Shown here: one piece after another, positions 58,183 through 64,000 of the stretch
How positions within the stretch are numbered: position 1 is the first letter of the stretch
How the letters are laid out: the number at the start of each line of letters is the position of its first letter
Assembly: GCA_944387445.1 (NCBI GenBank)
Contig: CALXEX010000002.1
Coordinates: 28,290-92,289, forward strand
Direction of reading: 5' to 3'
DNA from: an uncultured Clostridia bacterium
GTDB lineage: Bacteria; Bacillota; Clostridia; TANB77; CAG-508
Length of the DNA stretch: 64,000 nt
Position numbers and translations under genes: made by a program
Notes under the pieces: generated by a model
Databases searched by the model: none
Told to the model about the DNA's origin: nothing
What the model saw: only the letters and a program-made list of their open reading frames with translations

Positions 58183-59022
58183 ATGCAAGAAAACAAATTA
58201 GCTTTATTCGAAGAAAAAGAGATTAGGATGAAATGGTATAATGATGATTGGTTCTATTCTGTTGTTGATGTAATATTTGTATTAACGAATAGTAAAGATC
58301 CAAAAGATTATTGGTACAAACTAAAAACAAGAGTTAATGAAGAATCTAAAATTGAACTATCGACAATTTGTCGACGTTTGAAATTACCTGCAAAAGATGG
58401 AAAAATGAGAGAAACAGATTGCACTGATACAAAAGGAATATTAAGAATTATTCAATCTATCCCCTCTCCCAAAGCTGAACCTTTTAAATTATGGCTAGCA
58501 CAAGTCGGAAGTGAAAGATTAGATGAATTAGTAAATCCTGAACTTGCAATTAATAGAGCAAAAGAAACATACATTCGAAAAGGATATGATGATGGTTGGA
58601 TTGCACAAAGATTAAAATCAATAGATAGCAGAAAACAACTAACAGATACATGGAAGAATAGTGGTGCCAAAAATAGAGACTACGCATTATTAACAGATGA
58701 AATTTATAAAAATACTTTTGGTTTAAATACTGCCCAATATAAAACTTTAAAGGGAATAGATAAAACAAAGCGAAACTTAAGAGATAGCATGGGGAATCTA
58801 GAGTTAGCCATAACAAATTTGGCAGAAGTAACAGCAAATGAAATACATCATAAAAATAATAGTTATGGATTAGAAAAATTAAAAGATGATGTTGTAAGAG
58901 CTGGTAAAATAACAGGAAAAACAAGGAAAGATATCGAACAAGAAATTGGAAAAAAGGTTGTAGACAAGACAAATTATAAAAATCTTACAAACACACAAAC
59001 TAAAAATCTACCAAAAAAATAA
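58183..59022 (+). CDS. Bro-N domain protein (DinD / prophage antirepressor-like)
   Basis: WFYSVVDVIFVLTNSKDPKDYWYKLK...IQSIPSPKAEPFKLWLAQVG. The ATG at 58183 sits behind GAGGAAGTG. Confidence 0.65.
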   Translation: MQENKLALFEEKEIRMKWYNDDWFYSVVDVIFVLTNSKDPKDYWYKLKTRVNEESKIELSTICRRLKLPAKDGKMRETDCTDTKGILRIIQSIPSPKAEPFKLWLAQVGSERLDELVNPELAINRAKETYIRKGYDDGWIAQRLKSIDSRKQLTDTWKNSGAKNRDYALLTDEIYKNTFGLNTAQYKTLKGIDKTKRNLRDSMGNLELAITNLAEVTANEIHHKNNSYGLEKLKDDVVRAGKITGKTRKDIEQEIGKKVVDKTNYKNLTNTQTKNLPKK

Positions 59023-59187
59023 TCTTATTATTTCAATTACTTGAAGAATTTATCAATACGAACCTAACCCGACATAGCAATCAAAGATTGCAGTCGGGTC
59101 CCCCAGAACCTTGTTGTCTAAGACAATAAGGCTTTTTCAATCCATCATCTGAAATAGCCTTTTACCCTTTTTATTTTAAATTAAAAT

Positions 59188-59904
59188 TCACTTAGCTATT
59201 TTTTTCACTTCTTCTTTCGACAAATATCTCCATTTTCCAAGTTCTATATCTTTTACCCCAATACCTGCAATTGCACTTCTATGTAATGCAAGTACTTTAT
59301 ATCCAATTGCTTCACACATCTTTCTTACTTGTCTATTTTTTCCTTCATGAATGACAATTTCTAATCTCGTTATTTGTTTTTCTTCATCTATTTTTAAAAT
59401 TTTTACTTTGGCAGGTCTGGTGATATATCCTCCAATATCCACACCTCTTCTTAAATTTTCTACATTTTCCTTGCTGACAATTCCTTTTAATGTAACAGTA
59501 TAGGTTTTATGAATTTCATGTTTTGGATGTGTCACTTTATATACAAAATCCCCATCATTTGTAAGAATTAAAGCTCCTGATGTATACATGTCTAATCTTC
59601 CTACTGGTACTAATCTTTCTTTTACTTTTACCAAGTCCAAAACAGAATCACGGTCAAATTGATCTTTTACAGTAGTTACATATCCGATTGGTTTGTTTAA
59701 TAAAATATATATTTTTTTGTTTTCGATTTGTACAATTTTATTTTCATATTTTACTTCGTCTTTTTCAGGATGCACTTTTGTTCCTAGCTCTTTGACTACT
59801 TGTCCATTTACTTGCACTTTTCCTTGCAAGATAAATTCTTCTGCTTTTCTTCTTGAGGCAATTCCTGCTTCTGCTAAATATTTTTGCAATCGTATTTCTT
59901 TCAA
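59188..59904 (-). CDS. RsuA/RluB-family pseudouridine synthase with S4 domain
   Basis: S4 N-terminus (RLQKYLAEAGIASRRKAE) and GRLDMYTSGALILTNDG. Confidence 0.85.
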   Translation of the reverse strand: MKEIRLQKYLAEAGIASRRKAEEFILQGKVQVNGQVVKELGTKVHPEKDEVKYENKIVQIENKKIYILLNKPIGYVTTVKDQFDRDSVLDLVKVKERLVPVGRLDMYTSGALILTNDGDFVYKVTHPKHEIHKTYTVTLKGIVSKENVENLRRGVDIGGYITRPAKVKILKIDEEKQITRLEIVIHEGKNRQVRKMCEAIGYKVLALHRSAIAGIGVKDIELGKWRYLSKEEVKKIAK

Positions 59905-59930
59905 AAACGATTCTCCTTTCTTCTTTTATA

Positions 59931-60827
59931 TTACAACTCTGGAATACCATCCATAGATGGTAATTCCGGTATTTCAAATGATTCAAATATATCATCTCCT
60001 TGTGCACTATGCCCCTCATTGGATTTATGCTGTTTACTTGCAATATAATTATCTACATTCATTTCCATTCTTCTTGGTGAAAGTCCCATTTTTAGGATCT
60101 GTGTAATCCCCTTTTCTCCGTTAAAAGATATTAAGGCTACTTTATTAAAATATGGATCTCCTTTTAAGTCTAATCCATTTGACACATCATCTTGAATGGC
60201 TTCATTATATTTTACTAAAAGTCTTATTCCCTGTTTATCAGGACATCCTTGTTTAATATATTCATCATATCTTCTTAAAGTTTCTGGTGAATATACCTCT
60301 ACACCTCTTTTGATTGCTATATCTTCTTGTTCTAATGGATTTTGTGTCTGTAATGTATTTACAAATTCTAAAAAATATCCTAATTGCATAACTGGATCTA
60401 ATTTTCTAGTATCTAATTCTATTCCAACAAATGGATAACGGTTATAGTATTCTTTGTAGCTACTCATGTCTGTACTCCAATATTCACTAAATACCTGATA
60501 TGGTCTTACTTTCTTATTTCTTTTTGATGGTATATCTTCTTCATATAACTCTTCATAATCAAATGGATTCTCCGCATCCTTAATACAAACTACATGATTG
60601 GGATACACCATATTCATGGTGTTTAATATGTCTGTATTCATACTATTTAATTGACTTTTATCTATTAAAAGCATCACACTATTATCTTGTTTTAATAGCC
60701 TTGCACCTTTTATATTTTTTCTATCTAATACTTCTAATATAGGTTGTAAATATTTTTCTCTTGCAACTTCATTGTTATCTGGAGTTTGTGATATGCTTTG
60801 CGTTTCATGTTTTATCACTTCTTGCAT
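59931..60827 (-). CDS. Hypothetical protein
   Basis: 298-aa ORF between two pseudouridine synthase genes. No family recognised. Confidence 0.5.
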   Translation of the reverse strand: MQEVIKHETQSISQTPDNNEVAREKYLQPILEVLDRKNIKGARLLKQDNSVMLLIDKSQLNSMNTDILNTMNMVYPNHVVCIKDAENPFDYEELYEEDIPSKRNKKVRPYQVFSEYWSTDMSSYKEYYNRYPFVGIELDTRKLDPVMQLGYFLEFVNTLQTQNPLEQEDIAIKRGVEVYSPETLRRYDEYIKQGCPDKQGIRLLVKYNEAIQDDVSNGLDLKGDPYFNKVALISFNGEKGITQILKMGLSPRRMEMNVDNYIASKQHKSNEGHSAQGDDIFESFEIPELPSMDGIPEL

Positions 60828-60862
60828 TTTTATTCTCCTTTCTATAGATTATTTTATACATA

Positions 60863-61774
60863 TTAAAGTCTCTTTCTTTTCTCTAAATCTTTTAGAATAT
60901 TTTCAAAATATTCTGGCAATTCTGCTTCTAAATGCATTGTTTCTCCAGTTATGGGATGTGTAAACTCCAAACTTTTGGCATGTAAACATTGTCCTTTTAT
61001 ATTCCATTCATTTTTTCCATTTGAATATACTTCATCACCTACAATGGGATATCCAATTTGAGACAAATGCACTCTGATTTGATGGGTTCTTCCTGTTTCT
61101 ATATTTACTTGTAATAATGTGTATTTGTCATATCTTTCTAACACTTTAAAATGGGTTATAGCTTCTTTTCCCTTTCTAGTAACAGCCATTTTCTTTCTAT
61201 CTTTTTCACTTCTTCCAATTGGCATATTAATGGTTGCTTCGTTTTCTTTTACGATTCCTCTAACCAAAGCAATATATGTCTTTTTGACTTTATGGTCTTT
61301 TATTTGTTCACTTAAATGTATATGTGCTTTATCATTTTTGGCTATGATGATAATTCCTGATGTATCTTTATCTAATCTATGCACAATTCCTGGTCTGATT
61401 TCTCCGCCAATTCCTGATAAAGAATCTTTACAAATTGCCATAATGGCATTTACTAGTGTTCCATCTGGATTTCCATTGGCAGGATGTACTACCATTCCTT
61501 TTGGTTTATTTACTACAATAATATCATTATCTTCATAAATAATATCTAAAGGAATTTCTTGTGCTTTTAAAGATATCTCTACTGGGATTTCTTCTTCTAC
61601 TTCAATTTTATCTCCTACTTGTACTTTATAGGATGCTTTTATCGTTTTTCCATTTACCAATACCTTCCCATTAGTTATTAATCTTTGTATCGCTACTCTT
61701 GATGTATCTTCAAGCTTTTCTGACAAATAAGCATCTATTCTTTTGTTATCATTTTCCACTTCGAAATACTTCAT
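60863..61774 (-). CDS. rluD: 23S rRNA pseudouridine synthase RluD
   Basis: S4 domain, HRLDKDTSG and HQIRVHL. Confidence 0.9.
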   Translation of the reverse strand: MKYFEVENDNKRIDAYLSEKLEDTSRVAIQRLITNGKVLVNGKTIKASYKVQVGDKIEVEEEIPVEISLKAQEIPLDIIYEDNDIIVVNKPKGMVVHPANGNPDGTLVNAIMAICKDSLSGIGGEIRPGIVHRLDKDTSGIIIIAKNDKAHIHLSEQIKDHKVKKTYIALVRGIVKENEATINMPIGRSEKDRKKMAVTRKGKEAITHFKVLERYDKYTLLQVNIETGRTHQIRVHLSQIGYPIVGDEVYSNGKNEWNIKGQCLHAKSLEFTHPITGETMHLEAELPEYFENILKDLEKRKRL

Positions 61775-61825
61775 TTATCTTATCCTTTCAAAACTTGTAT
61801 CATTTTATATTCCAATATATAATAT

Positions 61826-62341
61826 TTATTTTTCTTTTTTTACATGTTCGTTTTTTTCCTTTGATTTTCTCTCTGCCAATTCTTTTGCTGAAAAAGACGC
61901 AAATATAGCAACAAAAGAAACCCAACCGATTAAAATACAAATATCTGCTATATTAAATGCTGGAAAATTTCCAATGTTAATAAATTCTACAACATATCCT
62001 CTGCACAATCTATCTATAATATTGCTAACGCCTCCCGCAAAAGCAAAACTTACCAATATTTTTGTTTTTTTCGTTATAAATTGATTGTCACTTTTTATGA
62101 TTCCAAAAATAATTGCTATAATCACTAAGTTTGTTAATATTGTTACACCTCTGGAAGTCTCATCATATGCTCCACTCTGTAAGTTTGCTTCCTTTAGTAG
62201 TATTGTGCCAGAAGCCAAACTTTTCTCCCCATAATGTATCAGCAGAATTTTTGATAGTTGGTCTATTAATACAATGAGAATTACAATAACAGCTATGGCT
62301 ATATAAAACTTTTTCAAATTCTTCTTTTCTTCTTTTTTCAT
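61826..62341 (-). CDS. lspA: Lipoprotein signal peptidase II
   Basis: NIIDRLCRGYVVEFINIGNFPAFNIADI motif. Start taken at MKKEEKKNLKKF. Confidence 0.85.
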   Translation of the reverse strand: MKKEEKKNLKKFYIAIAVIVILIVLIDQLSKILLIHYGEKSLASGTILLKEANLQSGAYDETSRGVTILTNLVIIAIIFGIIKSDNQFITKKTKILVSFAFAGGVSNIIDRLCRGYVVEFINIGNFPAFNIADICILIGWVSFVAIFASFSAKELAERKSKEKNEHVKKEK

Positions 62342-62387
62342 AAAATCCTCTCTTTTTAATGTATAATTCACAAGTATACACTCTTTT

Positions 62388-64000
62388 TTATACATTTAGT
62401 CTTTCGTATATTGTAAAATGATCGTCTTCATATAACTCTTTATAATTTGGATCATTTGTTTTTTTGATAATCATATTCATTTTTGAGTTCTTATAAGTAA
62501 TAACATGTGTAATATCATATTTTTCAAATGTATCTTCATAAAATTCTCCTATATTAGAAGTATCAATAAAATCCATGAAGATATCATCTTCTTTTCCGCT
62601 AAATTCTGGTGCATACAAATCTGCTCTAGAATCAATAAATACTGGAATTCCTCTATATATCATATAACTTCCGTAATTGTATTCATTATAAAATCTTGCT
62701 GTTCCTAAATCTATATTTTCTAAAATATAATCACATGCTTGAACTGGATAGTCAGATTCATCTATATACACATCGTCTTTTTTTGGCTCATAGAAGTGAT
62801 AACTTAATGCTAGCATAATAACAATCATCGCAATATAGCCTCCCCTGCCTGAAATTGTTTTTGTTACTTTTTCCAATCCATCTTTTGTATATATTTCAAA
62901 TAATCCACATATCATTTTATTAACAATAAATACACCTACTAAACAAAACATCGTAAATTGTCTTCTTGATGCTAACATTAAATAGCATAATCCACCAATC
63001 ATGAACAAATCACTAAGCTTAATTTTCGTCTTTGTAAATGTTAAAATTGCTAAGATTCCTATAATAACAGCTAATGCTTCTGTTTCATTTACAATTGTCA
63101 TTGGTAAATGTTCATTAATATTTTGTGTTGTATTACCTGCCATTGTTTTAAACAAATACGTATATGGTGTATCTCCTAAGGGTGTTAATAATCCAGTAAA
63201 TGCACATATAACCATAACTAATATTAACCATTTAACATTTGGATTTTTATGAAATTTAATTTTATATGGATTTTTTAGTTCTTCTTCTCTTTTTATTTTT
63301 ATTTTCTCATTTCTATTTATTGTACTATTTAAATCTTCTTCTAATTTTAGTTTTTTGTCAGGATTTTTTCCTGATTTGGCTAATCTTTGTATTCTGTAAT
63401 GCAATATCTTTATATGAACTTTTCTATATATGCTAATTTCTGCTATTATGGCAAGTAAATATTCTGTTATATATGGTAAGAATAAAACAAATATAAATGG
63501 CCAAACAGCTACATGTAGGTTAGCAATTAAAGTTGAAATCAATACTAATCCAACTGCATATCGAATTTTTCTGTTTCTCAAAAACATTTCAATACAATAC
63601 ATAATCCATACAAATAAAATAAAAGTAACCAATTGTGCCCTTGCTGCAATATATCCTCTAATAAGATAAATAACAAGTGCTGTTAATACAAATGAAACTA
63701 GTTGATTTTTTGCAATTTTGGTATTGACAAAATAAAGAGAAATTCCTAATATGGCAGTTAATATACAAGTCATTACATAAATTCCAGTCATACCAAATCC
63801 ATCATATATATAATATGTTATTAAATCATATAACCAGTGTGGATACGTATATGACAAACCTTCATGCCAAGAAAAATGGTCTTGCATATCAATTCCGGTC
63901 TTGGTTATCTGTTCTCCTATTTTTATGGTATAAAATGTATCATTTTGTAATGTGACTGGTGTCATAGCAATACAAAAAATGGCAATTAATATAATTGCTA
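62388..64000 (-). CDS. Large polytopic membrane protein, GT-C-like (5' end off the window)
   Basis: The frame stays open upstream of the track ATG (…AIILIAIFCIAMTPVT), so the true start lies beyond base 64000. More than 10 TM helices. Confidence 0.5.
   Translation of the reverse strand, partial: AIILIAIFCIAMTPVTLQNDTFYTIKIGEQITKTGIDMQDHFSWHEGLSYTYPHWLYDLITYYIYDGFGMTGIYVMTCILTAILGISLYFVNTKIAKNQLVSFVLTALVIYLIRGYIAARAQLVTFILFVWIMYCIEMFLRNRKIRYAVGLVLISTLIANLHVAVWPFIFVLFLPYITEYLLAIIAEISIYRKVHIKILHYRIQRLAKSGKNPDKKLKLEEDLNSTINRNEKIKIKREEELKNPYKIKFHKNPNVKWLILVMVICAFTGLLTPLGDTPYTYLFKTMAGNTTQNINEHLPMTIVNETEALAVIIGILAILTFTKTKIKLSDLFMIGGLCYLMLASRRQFTMFCLVGVFIVNKMICGLFEIYTKDGLEKVTKTISGRGGYIAMIVIMLALSYHFYEPKKDDVYIDESDYPVQACDYILENIDLGTARFYNEYNYGSYMIYRGIPVFIDSRADLYAPEFSGKEDDIFMDFIDTSNIGEFYEDTFEKYDITHVITYKNSKMNMIIKKTNDPNYKELYEDDHFTIYERLNV

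Noticed and set aside
62163-62381. 72-aa minus-strand ORF overlapping the lspA 5' region
   Set aside because: It is an alternative frame within or upstream of lspA, with no SD or motif. The lspA frame carries the family motifs.

Overview
AT-rich chromosomal segment from a low-GC, spore-forming Firmicute (Clostridia-like), with most genes on the minus strand. No database search or folding program was run. Homology calls rest on recognised motifs, and RNA boundaries are good to a few nt.

Housekeeping genes: uvrC, hpt, glmS with its ribozyme leader, truA, cdaA, pdp, rnhB, htrA-like, clpE-like, pgsA, comEC, lspA, ybeY, three further pseudouridine synthases, and a TetR regulator with an acyl-CoA ligase. 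Sporulation genes: yqfC, yqfD, pdaA-like, bofA, yaaL and ylbF-like. There is also a complete agr-type quorum-sensing locus (agrB, an agrD missing from the ORF track, agrA-like, agrC-like), a hicAB module and a sulfonate/nitrate-type ABC transporter.

Most unusual items:
1. Three copies of a 200-260 nt rod-shaped hairpin element. They share a conserved asymmetric internal-loop core, but their long, near-perfect outer arms are unrelated. I cannot assign them to any known family.
2. A tRNA-Tyr(GUA) gene split in the anticodon loop by a 228-nt group I (IC3-like) intron. A free-standing I-Ssp6803I-like PD-(D/E)XK endonuclease gene lies just downstream.
3. A tightly coupled three-gene operon of two N-terminally short HipA-like kinases flanking a HipS-like mini-protein, sitting between the permease and binding-protein genes of the ABC cluster.
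4. Three small ORFs, visibly richer in G+C than their surroundings. All have a strong SD, two have a clear terminator, and none is in the ORF track.
5. An orphan T4CP-like membrane ATPase.
6. Several single-nucleotide reading-frame lesions (comEC 3' end, DUF4160, hicA start).
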